In this document: positions 1 through 10,705 of the stretch, piece by piece
Position numbering within the stretch: the stretch's first letter is position 1
How the letters are laid out: each line of letters starts with the position of its first letter
NCBI GenBank assembly: GCA_013265495.1
Contig: MU058669.1
Coordinates: 914,234 to 978,233 of the forward strand
Length of the DNA: 64,000 bases
Direction of reading: 5' to 3'
Source: Vicugna vicugna
Taxonomy: Eukaryota
Program-made: the position numbers and the translations under genes
Notes under the pieces: model-generated
Told to the model about the DNA's origin: nothing
The model's database searches: none
Seen by the model: the letters and a program-made list of their open reading frames with translations, nothing else

Positions 1-694
1 GAAGCGGGGAGCAGTAGACTTAATTTATCCTGTCAGCCCCGTGGGCAGGGATTCTGTAGAATCTAGAGTCTAGAGTCATCTGCTAGTTTCAGGGAAAAGC
101 TTTGACCTCTATCACCTTCTGTGAGTCCTGGAAAACAACAGGCTTGGACAGTTCATGGGGGACAGCCTCTTGCTACGAAGGAACCAAATCCTAAAATCAT
201 CTTCCATCAGCCCTTTGTGTCTTAACTGCCGCACTGCTCTCTAGTCCCTTCCCGGTGTCGCATGCTTCAATAAACATAACTACTTTTACTCTGGGTAAGA
301 AAAACTACAGTGGGACAAAAGAATGAAACCGTAGATGTTTTTGCATTTTTAAACTAGTCGTTTGCTTTCCTTTCCATCACAGTACAGGGGATAGCCCATT
401 TCTTTTCCTGCCTGGTGCAGTTGAAGCGTGTTTCCCTCAGATATCTTCTGTCTTGTGAGATGCATTCTGGTTTGGGCTTTTGCTTTCATGTTGCCATCAC
501 AAAAGATTGTTCTACTTTCTTAGTTTGTACTTAAGAATCTGCCCTACTTTCTGCCCGGTGTGGGATTCTTACAGCAGGTCTGTGCCTTCATGCAGCCCCA
601 GGTTCTTGAGATGCTTTCCTTCCTTCCTCATACGACAGTATGCGTCTCAAACTCATCCAACTCCCTCCTCGATCATCATTTCTTCCTTTTTTTC

Positions 695-965
695 TTTCAT
701 TCCAGTGCAATTCTATTGAATAACTTTATGTGATTGTAAGTCTGTCGGTGTGTGCGTGGTAGACGCTAGACAGGGATCTAGGAATTCCATGGTGCACAAA
801 ACAGATACTGCCTCTATCCCGTGAGCTCTCAGTTGAGTGGAAAAAGCAAAGGCAGGAATGAATAATTACTGCATTTGTGTGACAGAGAGTTGTGCAGGGA
901 ATCTGGGTACCATGAAAACCTGTGAATAAGAATCCAACCTAATTGAGATGGCGGCTGTTGGTCAA
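695..965 (-). mobile_element. Degenerate LINE2 3' fragment
   Basis: Resembles the reverse complement of the L2 3' region (ttcattcc..ctattgaataac..; acagatactgcctctatcccgtgagctctcagttgagtgg). Boundaries approximate. Confidence 0.55.
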
Positions 966-1816
966 GGCTGTTGTGTGAGACTCAATGGGACACCTCAGAT
1001 GCCTGCCACAGAGTTGAGTGACACATTAATGCCTAAAAAACATTGACCATTTCCCTGATTAATATCCTTGGAATGGTACTGAAGTTAAAAGTGATCTACA
1101 AATTAACCTTATTATTAACCTTACTACCCTAAGGAAGTTCAATAAAAAGTCAAGAAAAATTCCTGATATAAAATGAGGGTGAAACTTGACTGGGGGAAAA
1201 GGATGGGAAGGATTCTTCCTAGACCTGGAAGATCAAGCTGACTTCTCTCCTTACTCCTTTGCCATCTTCAAATTCGTTCTGAAAAGCAATTTCAGATTTC
1301 AAATTTCTGCTTAGTGGCTCCTGAAGAACTAGGCTTGGGTCAGGATGTAACTAAATCTTTCGACACTGGGGACAACAACCAGAAAACAGCAACCCACATT
1401 TGTAGGGCTTGCAATTAACACAGTACCCCATCCAAGGTACACCACTTAGACCTTTTCACACTCTCAGAGATAGGCTTCTCAGCTTTGAAAGGGTAAGAAA
1501 AAAAAAAAAAGATAGGGTGTGCTCACAAGTACTGTACACACCCTAAATGAGAACAAATGTTTATAGAGACAGGAAGCTGAAAATAAAGTTTTGAAACTAG
1601 CAAATACAGGTTTACTGCTTCCACTGTAATTTGGCATAGAGAACAGATTTCAAGAGGTGGAATGAGGATTCCCTTATTTGGCAAAAGTAATGTTTTCTAG
1701 AAAATATGGGTGCAAAGTGAATTTCTTTAAAATTAGTACCCTTTTTACAGTTTTTCACTGGAAAGCTAGGAAAGCAGCCTAGTAGGGAAGGGGTCTCCAA
1801 AGTACCGAGGAAGAGA

Positions 1817-1817
<1 letters not shown>

Positions 1818-1869
<52 letters not shown>

Positions 1870-1899
1870 CACATACACACTCAACGCATACACACACAC
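1818..1899. repeat. (GC)5(AC)19 compound microsatellite with degenerate CA tail
   Basis: Read directly: gcgcgcgcgc at 1818-1827, (ac)19 at 1828-1865, then imperfect CA repeats. Confidence 0.97.
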
Positions 1900-4309
1900 T
1901 CACATGACTCAGTAGCTGGTCGAGGCAGGTTATTTTAGGGGCTCATCAGTGACATTTTCAGGACTTTGGACGTCTTTCTCAATCTTGAATTTTCTACTTC
2001 ATCCAACCTTGGAAACCTCTCTAGAACCTCAGTATTTCACCCTTACCTGAAAAGCTGTGGTTTCCATACTTGGATCCTTCCTTTATGATTTGTGGACTTG
2101 GTATAATAAAGCTTGGCCATAACACAACACTTTCTTGGAGGCTTTTACTGTCACCTCCTACTGTGATTTTCTCAAACTTATGTAATTTATGGGCCCATTT
2201 GGAGGGAACTGTTCTTCTGAACTCACAATGTTGGCAAATTATTTTTATCTTAAGGATACTTAAAGATGTATAAACATTCAAACAGAGGTCAACTCTCTGT
2301 TTCTAGCTTAGAATGATAAAAACGAAGAAAATTTATAAATGGGATGTGAATGCAGTGGTTTGAGCAACGGGTTTTGGATTACCAGCATATATTTAATGTG
2401 ACCGACTGTGGCATTTGCTGACTCCAGAACACTCTTTGTGACGCCAATACGGTGCTGTGTTATTGTGTAAGTTTTATGAGTTCAGCATGCCTAAAGCGCT
2501 GTGTGCTGGGTGAAGATTCGGTTCTCTCACCAGTGGTTTTCCTCTTTTTCCATGTAGTACATCGTCATGTCGCCTTCCCCCTGCTTTATCTTATGGGTGC
2601 ACCACTTCTGTGCCGATGGGATACTAAGTGCAGATACCAGCAGCGACTTAACCTGTGACAATACTCAGTTAGGAAGTGATCATACTAAGATACCCTCCTT
2701 GTTTTTAATGATAGTCAAAATAAAGACACCAGGTTAAACAAACAAACAAACATACATACATCAGAGTACTCAGATCCCTGAGAAAAAGGAGCTGGGGGGC
2801 CGGCATCAGCCTGAGAAGGTACTAATATGCTCCTTCATAATTATATTTATGTCCAAAGCTATAGATTTTGCAGAACAAATGTGGGAACTATTTTATCTAC
2901 TTTTTAAAGTCAAAATTCTTCAAAAGTACCCTTAATTAAAATGAAAGGGATCCATCAGGGGCTTTGAAAAGTACAAATTAATGCATATTTCAAGAGGTGT
3001 ACGAACTCCTTTGGGCACTTCCACTAGAGTGATTCGGAACTGAGGCACCACACAGAATGCATGTTTTTCTTTCTTTTCTTCCTGGAGAGATTATCTATAA
3101 TGTTTTAAATTTCTGTACCATCTTTTCCCCCAGGCAGTACAGAGCACTTCATAAACTTCATACTAATGATGTTAACATACCCATGAGACTAAATAGATGG
3201 TGTGTGACATGGTCCCCGGCTTACAAATAAATGAACAAGCTCAAAGAGAGGGATAGAATTTCACTTCCTGGGCACTTTGATTAACTTCTCTTCTCTTCCC
3301 CACTCGCAGCACTATAAAAATCCACACTCTCCTCTTTCACTTTTTTATCCCTTTCCTGTTCATTCACCCAAGGAATCTGCATAAAAAGCAGTCTTTTATG
3401 CATTGTACTCGGTGGGTGTGATGAGAGTAGTAAGGCCAATACAAGGCACGACCTTGCAAAGCTAATCATTAGAGAGGATGAAAAGGAAAACTTTACTACA
3501 AAAGCTGAAAGATGATTTAAAAATAAAATAATTTAGTACAAATAAAAATACCCAAAAATCTGTTCTAGGAATTTAGATAAGAGGCCCATCCTAGAAGGCT
3601 GGTGGTAGAGGGGCGGTTGGGTCAGAGATGGTGGAGATTCACCAGATGTACCAGATAGGAGACAGACATTGATCTGGTGACTAGTGGGTGACACATTTTG
3701 GACAGAAGTAGAAGCAGCTGTTCTAGGCAAGAGAGATTGTGCATAGACTGTCTGGGAGACATTAGATAGGAACGGGCAGCATTGAGTCTAACAGGTTATC
3801 ATTAAGTCAGTAATTCTGTATGCCATGTATTATGCACAAGGCTTTATGTACTTATCTGATTTAGTCTTAACACTTTGATCCAGTTTAAAGGCACACAAAT
3901 CAGCAAGATTAAATCATCTGTCCTGGGTCACAAAGGTAGAAAGTGGAAGAAACAAGATTCATACTGGCTATTTGACTCCAAAGCCCCTGTTTTCAAACAT
4001 CATGTGATTTCCCAGTAGTGAGAGATGACAGCTAAAAGGTTGGTTGGTGCTGGGTTATAGACGTTCTGGACGTCGGAGGGTTCAGGCTCTAGGCTGTAGA
4101 AACAGCGGGTGATTTTTAGACTAGAAGAGTAATAGGAAAAACAGCAGTGCTTTAGAAAGAGGAATTTGGCTGTGGGTGCATAGGCTGAGCCAGAAGACGA
4201 GACGCAGAGGGAGAACAAAGATTGATTCCTTCCAACAGCGAGACATGGAGGTTATCGTGGCTTCTCAGTGCTCCAGCGCAGCCTCTCTGTAGCTCCCCAA
4301 CCTTGTCTT

Positions 4310-4796
4310 ACACCGCCCTCCAACTTAGTTCTCGGTCACCATCCAAACCAGCCTACTTTCCCTGTGCTGGTGGGAGTTACACTCCCTTTCACCGAAGAAC
4401 ATTTGTACACATTGCTCCAATCAGCAGAAATGATTTCTCCTCTTTTTTATTCCTTAACTTATGCTTCTATTCATCCTTCAGATTTTGGTTTAAATGTAAC
4501 TCCACTTGAGAAGTCTCGCCTGGCATTTCTGTCTATGTCAAATGCCCTGTCAGAGACCCTCACAGCACCATGTGCCCTCTCCTTTATAATATCCTTCACA
4601 GGTAGAATGATCCATTTATCCATGTGCTTATTTGCTGAATAGCTGCTAGCCTCTTCTAGAATACATGCTGCTTGAGGGCAGGAGTCATGCCTGCTTTTGC
4701 TCATCATTGTGTTCTCAGAGCCTCCTGCACTGCCTGTCACATGGTGAGCACTCACCCTGTGTTGAACAAGTGTGGGAATGAGTGAATGAATGAATC
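4310..4796 (+). mobile_element. LINE2 3' fragment
   Basis: Typical L2 3' end: gagggcaggagtcatgcctg..cattgtgttctcagagcc..cacatggtgagcactca..tgaatgaatgaa. Confidence 0.75.
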
Positions 4797-5579
4797 CTGC
4801 ATCAGGATGACAGCAGTGCGAATGAATGGGCAGGTATGATGGAAGCATTGACAAGAGGCCCCAGTGACTGATCTGGGGCTGGGGAGGGGGGAAAGAGAGG
4901 AAGGGCACGCCGAGGTTGAGACAGCTGTCGATGATGGCTCTGTGGTGTTCAAGCCTGGCTACTAGAAAAATCAGACAGCCTTCAATTGTAGACTTTGCAC
5001 TCACTACCATCTTGGGTAAGTAGCTGCCTGAGATTCTGAAGCAAGAGGCGAAGAATCAGAAGCAGAAATGGGCAAGCAGTGTAGCCCAGAGCGGAACACA
5101 CCCTTAATCAAAGAGTTTCTTAAGAGAACAGCAGGCGGGAGAAGTTAAGTCCCCTTGTGGAAGTGTGCCTCAGGGGGATTATCAGATTTCCTGACCAGTT
5201 GACCCTCAAGCCATCTCAAAAACGCATCTGCAGTTCCCTTTACATTTGAGTGAAGCCTGATTCCTCTTTTGGATCCAAGGAGATTTCCTAATGTCACTTG
5301 CCCCAGGTGGGAAGCAACTCAGCATGATAGATGAAAACACTGATAATATTTTCCAAGGCCTCGACCAGATGTTAGCTTTGTCAGTCACATGGCCTCACCT
5401 GACCACCATGACACCCCTGCTTTTCCCAAGAAGCGTTAGGTCTGCCCTCACTAACCCAGGTCCTGTTGTGCATATTAGGCATACCTCCACCATGGTCACA
5501 TTATTTCTTTCTGTTCTTCCTCTTTTTGTTTTTCCTCTAGATTATGAGCTCTTTGAGAGTGGGGACCTTATCAACTTCA

Positions 5580-5741
5580 TGTAGCATGGGCTCTGGAGAC
5601 AGTCTCCCTGGGTTCAAATCCTGGCTCTTCCATCTACTGTGAGCTTGGACAAGCAGCTTAATCTCTCTCTGCATTTTAGTTTCCTTATCTGACAAATAAG
5701 GATTATAGTAGGACATACATTCCAAGGTCATTGTGAGGATT
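5580..5741 (+). mobile_element. MIR SINE
   Basis: gggctctggagacag..ctgggttcaaatcctggctct..cttggacaagcagcttaatctctct..agtttccttatctg matches the MIR core. Confidence 0.85.
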
Positions 5742-5925
5742 CTGGTTCACCCAATCATTCATAATCAATTCCAGTCATTCATTCACTGAGTTCCAAATTC
5801 CCAGCTCTGTTCTAGGTACTAGAAATGCAGCTGTAAATAAAATGGATAAAGTCCCTCCTCTTTCAGAGCTTGTATTGCATGGGAGGGAAAAAGAATTACA
5901 AATAGACAAACACTATAATTTCAGA

Positions 5926-6148
5926 CAGTAAGACACGTGCCAGGATTAGCTTACACTGGCTCACAAGAGCGAACTATGTGTAGTTCTTCCCAGCTTCACA
6001 TTCAACAACATCACATTGCTAATGTGAACAATTGAATGAGCCATAGTGGAGGTATTTACACTAGGAAATTGGCAAATGCAACAAATTAGCAACACCTTAT
6101 TGCTACCCGACTCTGTCCAAGTGTTAAGCATTTATCAGCACGTCGCTG
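5926..6148 (+). mobile_element. MER63A-like hAT (Blackjack) non-autonomous DNA transposon
   Basis: cttacactggctcacaagagc..cttcccagcttc..gccatagtggaggtatttacac..ggaaattggcaaatgc..tgttaagcatttatcagcacgtcgctg matches the recalled MER63A consensus. Confidence 0.75.
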
Positions 6149-6219
6149 AGTAGGAAGGCACTAAGGCTGATTAAGAGACAGTCGCTGAGTAGGAAGGCAC
6201 TAAGGCTGATTAAGAGACA
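6142..6219. repeat. Perfect 39-bp tandem duplication
   Basis: gtcgctgagtaggaaggcactaaggctgattaagagaca at 6142-6180 and 6181-6219, identical. Confidence 0.99.
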
Positions 6220-7836
6220 GTAAGGAGGTAAGAGTGGGGTAACTCGTTGTCAAGGAATCTCTGAAAAAGTGAAGCTTATGCTCAGTCTTGAAATACGAAT
6301 ATGTAGAAATGATGAAGGGAAGTGTAATCTAGGCTGAGTGGACAGCTGGTTCAAACTCCTAAAGGGGCAATAGGCTGGTATTTATTCCAGGAACAAGAAC
6401 AGTAAAAGCCACTGAGGCTGAAGCATAAGGATTGAGGGAAAGAATGATGTGAGGTGAGGACAGAGCAAGATCACATAGATCCTTGTTGGCAAATCACCTG
6501 CATTGATTCCAAGAGCAGTTGGCAGCTGTTGGGGGGTTTTCAGCAGGAGGGACTATTCAAAGGACTTAGAATGTACCCAACACCTAGGATATGCTCTATA
6601 ATTGGCACCCGTGCCTGTTAGTACTCATCTTGGTGTCCCTGGTAGCTCACACATTGCTGGGCACGTAGAAGGTATCCAGTTAAAGTTCATTGAGTAATAA
6701 ATGTATGGTCACAAGAGAGCCCCTTGCCCTTTCCAAGCCTCAGTTGCCTCATCAGAAAAATAAATTCTTTGCAATAGATGGTCTCCCAGGTTCCTCTGTT
6801 CCTAAGCTCTCCCCTTGTATGACCATGGATTGCAGACTGATTTTGCTAACCCACCTGGCAGAGGTTACCGCAGCTCTTAACAGCCAATATTTTCAAACAA
6901 ACACGCAACATCACTATAGAGTCATCTCATTCCTGAATGTGACAATCCTGCCCCGTACAATCACGTAAAAACAGAACAGGCTCCATATTTATGTTCCCAT
7001 CTTAAGGGGCCGGGGGAAGAAGGAGAGAGAGAGAGAAATACGCGATTACTAACAAGGCCATAAATATTGATGTCTTCCTCAGACCCCCCCTAGATCTCTA
7101 TCATTTTGGCAACTGGCTGATTAATAATAGATTAAACACTTCATATTTGCTTACTCTGGAATCCATGACTTTAAGTGCATCTGCTGTGTGGGAACAGGTT
7201 TAGATGGAGATCAACAGATCACGCCGACTTCCAGCATAAAAATACAATGGGAGGGGACACAAATTGAGCATGACAACCAATATTGCCACTGACTAACACC
7301 TCTAATGCTGCGTGCAAGGCTTGGGATGTCTTTCCAGATGTTAATTTGGAACATGAGAACCCAAGTGAGAGGACCGTGCTAGCACGTACCATATGGTCAT
7401 GTTCTCAGTAAGTGACAGAAGAGAAAGGAAGGCTCCCCACACCTCATCCAAATACCGGTCGGTGATCACAGGAATCTGAGACAACATGGACATAACTGGG
7501 AGGAGACTGGGGTACATGTCCATGGCTGCTGAGGTAGACCACCTTGCCCTAAACACGTATCCTTCACGATGGAGACAGGTGACAGGACCAAAGGATTCAC
7601 TGATGCCCCACTAAAATGCTAGAAATGCCCACTTAAATGCTTGTCTTTGTAAACCAGTGGGAGGGCCACCAGCTCCAAATGACAAGAGGCAGTTTGGCAT
7701 ATTGGAAAAGATGCTGAGGGAATCATGATACCAGGCATCCTGCTCTGACACTGTCGCTGAGTGTCCGTGTGATCCTGGGCTTATCCCTTCCCTGGTCCTC
7801 AGTTTCCCATCTTCCCAGTGAAAGGATGGGTATGAG

Positions 7837-8451
7837 CAGTGTTCCTCAACGAGAATCACTGGAGGAGCTTTTTAAAAATCCAGATGCCGGGATTCTTTGT
7901 CAGAGGTTGAACTGTGTCCTCCTCCGAAATATGTTCATGTCTCAACCCGCAGTACCTCAAAATGTGACCTTACTTGGAAACAGGGTCACTGCAGATGTAA
8001 TTAGTGAGGATGAGGTCATACTGGGGTAGGGTGGGCCTGTGCGACTGATGTCCTTCTAAGAAGAGAAGACATAGACACACAAAGGGAATCACTGTGTGAC
8101 AGTGGAGACAGAGACTGGTGCAGTCGCTGCAAGCCAGTGAATGGCAAGGATTACTGGCAACTACGGGAACCTAGAAAGAGGCAAGGAAAGATTCTCACCT
8201 ACAGTTTTTAGAGAGAGCGTGGTCCTACCGACACCTTGATTTCAGACCTCCTGCCTCCAGAACTGTGAGACAATAACTTTTTGTTGTTTTAAGCCACCTG
8301 TTTGTGGTACCTAGTTATAACATTCCTAGGAAATGAATACACCTCACTTCTAAACTTACAGAATTAAAAAGTCAGGGGAGGAGCCTGGAAACACAGTTAT
8401 AAAAAGCTCCATAGAAAAAAATTTGGTGCACATCGTGGTTTATGAACTTTG
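7837..8451. mobile_element. MER5-type hAT-Charlie MITE split by an MLT1 LTR
   Basis: 7837-7897 (cagtgttcctcaac..gaatcactggaggagctttttaaaaatccagatgcc) and 8342-8451 (..cagaattaaaaagtcaggggaggagcctggaaac..) join into one MER5-like unit. Confidence 0.6.
7898..8341 (+). mobile_element. Solo ERVL-MaLR LTR (MLT1C/MLT1B-like)
   Basis: TG...CA termini and diagnostic MLT1 motifs (aatgtgaccttacttggaaacagggtc, gacaccttgatttcagac, cctccagaactgtgagacaataa, ttttaagccacc, aaatgaataca). Confidence 0.9.
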
Positions 8452-8999
8452 AAATAAGTGCCTTCCCAACTGTGGAATTCTTTGACTCGTGTAGAAATCT
8501 GACTCCAGCTTCTGGCTCTGGAGATACATCACCGGAACAATGAACTAGGAAAGAGATGCTTGGGTGATAAGGAAACTTTCCTGCATTCTGTGGCAGAACA
8601 ATGGAGTCCCGCAAACAGCGAACGAAGAGAAAGAATCTCGGGTGGTGCTGAGGGCTCATCCTCCTTCTAGGCTCATTCACAACCCCCCTAAACATAAACT
8701 ACTTAAAAGGCAAAGTTGATGGGAGCTACCAGTGAGTCAAGGATCCCTTTGAGATACTAATAAAAACGATAAACATCCTTGCCAGAAATGTGCCTACACT
8801 TCCACAGAGCTCCAGACACCCTGATCCCCCTCTGCTGACTTTCCAGGGATCCATGAACATCCCACCAAGAACCTCTGGATGCGGCAACTCGGCATGGCCC
8901 ATTGGTGCTAACCTAAAACCTTCAGAGAGCAAACAGGAAGCAGTGATGGCTACTCTTCGCTGGTTCTACCTTGTCCACCTGTGGCAGGAGGGGCTTCGT

Positions 9000-9560
9000 C
9001 CATCCATCCCCACACATGTGCACTGGGCATCTACTCTGTGTCACAGCACCTTTGTTCCTGCTCCAGGTTTGAGAGACATTGAGAATCCCAAGTGTCACGG
9101 CACTGATCTTATAGTAAGACCGCCCTAGGTAAATGAGTCAGCAGGTGCCAGGAAGACAATGTGACAGGGCAGTGTGGTGGGGGCAGACTATGCATAGGAG
9201 TGGAGGCCAAACAGGGAGGTCAGGGAAGTACTTCTGAGCCGAGCTGGGACCCAGTGATGTGAAGGAGCCAATCACGGACAATGTGGGGGAAGAGAGGTGC
9301 AGGCGGGAAGAATTGTGGATGCATCGCCCCTAAAGTAGGAGAAAGCTCGGCACATGGGAGGTGCAGAGGGAAGGCCAGTGTGGCTCCAGCACAGTCAGCT
9401 GGGAGCTGTGTGGGAGGTGGGGTCAGAGAGGTCAACAGAGATCAGGTCAGGCTCACCGTCTGGGTCATGGGCGGCATCTGGATTTCATTCTAAGCACCAT
9501 GGGAAGCCAAGAGAGGATTTTTAAACCACAGAATGAGGTGATCTGATTTACATTTTAGGA
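9000..9560 (-). mobile_element. LINE2 fragment
   Basis: Reverse-complement L2 3' region (ggatttcattctaagcaccatgggaagcc..gaggtgatctgatttacatttt). Confidence 0.7.
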
Positions 9561-10459
9561 GGGAGGGGTGACTTTCTAAGGTTTTCCACTGCGGACTTTC
9601 TAGAAAGAAACAGTCTCGTGTCCTTCCATCATTGCTGCCAATGTGGACAGAATGTCAGTGTAACTGAACACAGTACTGTGCTACTGTGACAAGCAATGAT
9701 ATCTCACGGACGTGCAGCCGGGGAAGAAAGGGAGGGCAGGAAGCTGTCTGCATGCCAAACTTCGAACTGAGCCCGGCTTCCCTGTGAAATGCATAAACTA
9801 CCTTTGTTATTTCTAAAGGGTTATCTGTTGAAACAGCTTTAGGCAAAACCTGTCATAAGATGTCTCTCCAAATGCACACCGAAACTCACAACGGATCTCA
9901 GCTGCCTCCCTATTAGGATGTTGACACATGGAACATCAAAGCCAGAGATGCCCCACTGAGCGGCACTGCCAAGGCACCGGCAAGCTGCTCTGAACACAGA
10001 GAGTGGTGGGAACCCAGGCAGCGGAGGGCCGCTCTCGCCCCCTCCCTTCTCCTCTCCCTGAATCCAAATTTCAGCTTCTAATGAGATGTCGCAGCCTGAG
10101 CTAGTGGCTGACCCCCAGAAACTGGCACCAGCGTGTAATATTAATGAGATGAACACATGCATCTGAGTAGATTACCAAATACGAAGTGCATTCTCTTCCA
10201 TGATCCCATTGAAACCTCACGAACACCCTAGGATGAGAGCTGCATGGGTATTTTTATCCATTTAATCAAAGAGAAGCTTGGCTCCAGGGCAGGCACTTGA
10301 CCAAGACCAAAAGGCTCACACCTGGGTGTCAGATTTCCACCCTGGTACTCACACACATCCCACTGAACTCGGCTGCCTCTGACATGCGCCACAGCTTAGG
10401 CTCAAATTGGACAGGATAATGTGTACAGCTGCCAAGTTGTAGAGAAGGTCAGTGAGACT

Positions 10460-10620
10460 AGTGCAATGATTTAAAGCTGGGTCTGTGACCCAGTGCATCT
10501 GGGTTTGAGGGCTGGCGGTGTGAGCTCAGGCCAGTTATGCCATCTCCCTCTGTTCCATTTAACACATATGTAAAATGTGGGAACTAATAGTTTCTATGCT
10601 ATTCTGGTAGGTGAGACGCA
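10460..10620 (+). mobile_element. MIR SINE (degenerate)
   Basis: ctgggtttgag..tgtgagctcaggccagtta..tgtaaaatgtgggaactaatag. Confidence 0.6.
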
Positions 10621-10646
10621 ACCTCTACCACAAAATTACCAGCTCT

Positions 10647-10705
10647 GATGTGATGATGATGGTGATGATGGTGATGGTGATGTTGATGCTGATGCTGATG
10701 GTGAT
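10647..10705. repeat. Imperfect (TGA/TGG)n trinucleotide repeat
   Basis: Read directly: gatgtgatgatgatggtgatgatggtgatggtgatgttgatgctgatgctgatggtgat. Confidence 0.9.

Larger units (their letters stand above)
5750..6560 (-). mobile_element. LINE2 fragment, interrupted by a MER63-like element
   Basis: The reverse-complement L2 3' end (tcattcattc..tgttctaggtactagaaatgcagctgtaaataaaatggataaagtccct) resumes after position 6148. Confidence 0.7.

Noticed and set aside
1..300. CpG island or promoter at the window start
   Set aside because: Only scattered CpGs at ordinary GC content.
3378..3402. Hairpin tgcataaaa-N7-ttttatgca
   Set aside because: A short AT-rich inverted repeat of the kind expected by chance in 64 kb; not a recognisable ncRNA or terminator.
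4471..5010. Longest ORF in the track (179 aa, minus strand)
   Set aside because: It runs antisense through an L2 3' end (IHSLIP derives from tgaatgaa), shows no recognisable domain and has no coding signature.
6142..6219. CRISPR-like repeat
   Set aside because: Only two abutting copies with no spacers, in a mammalian context.
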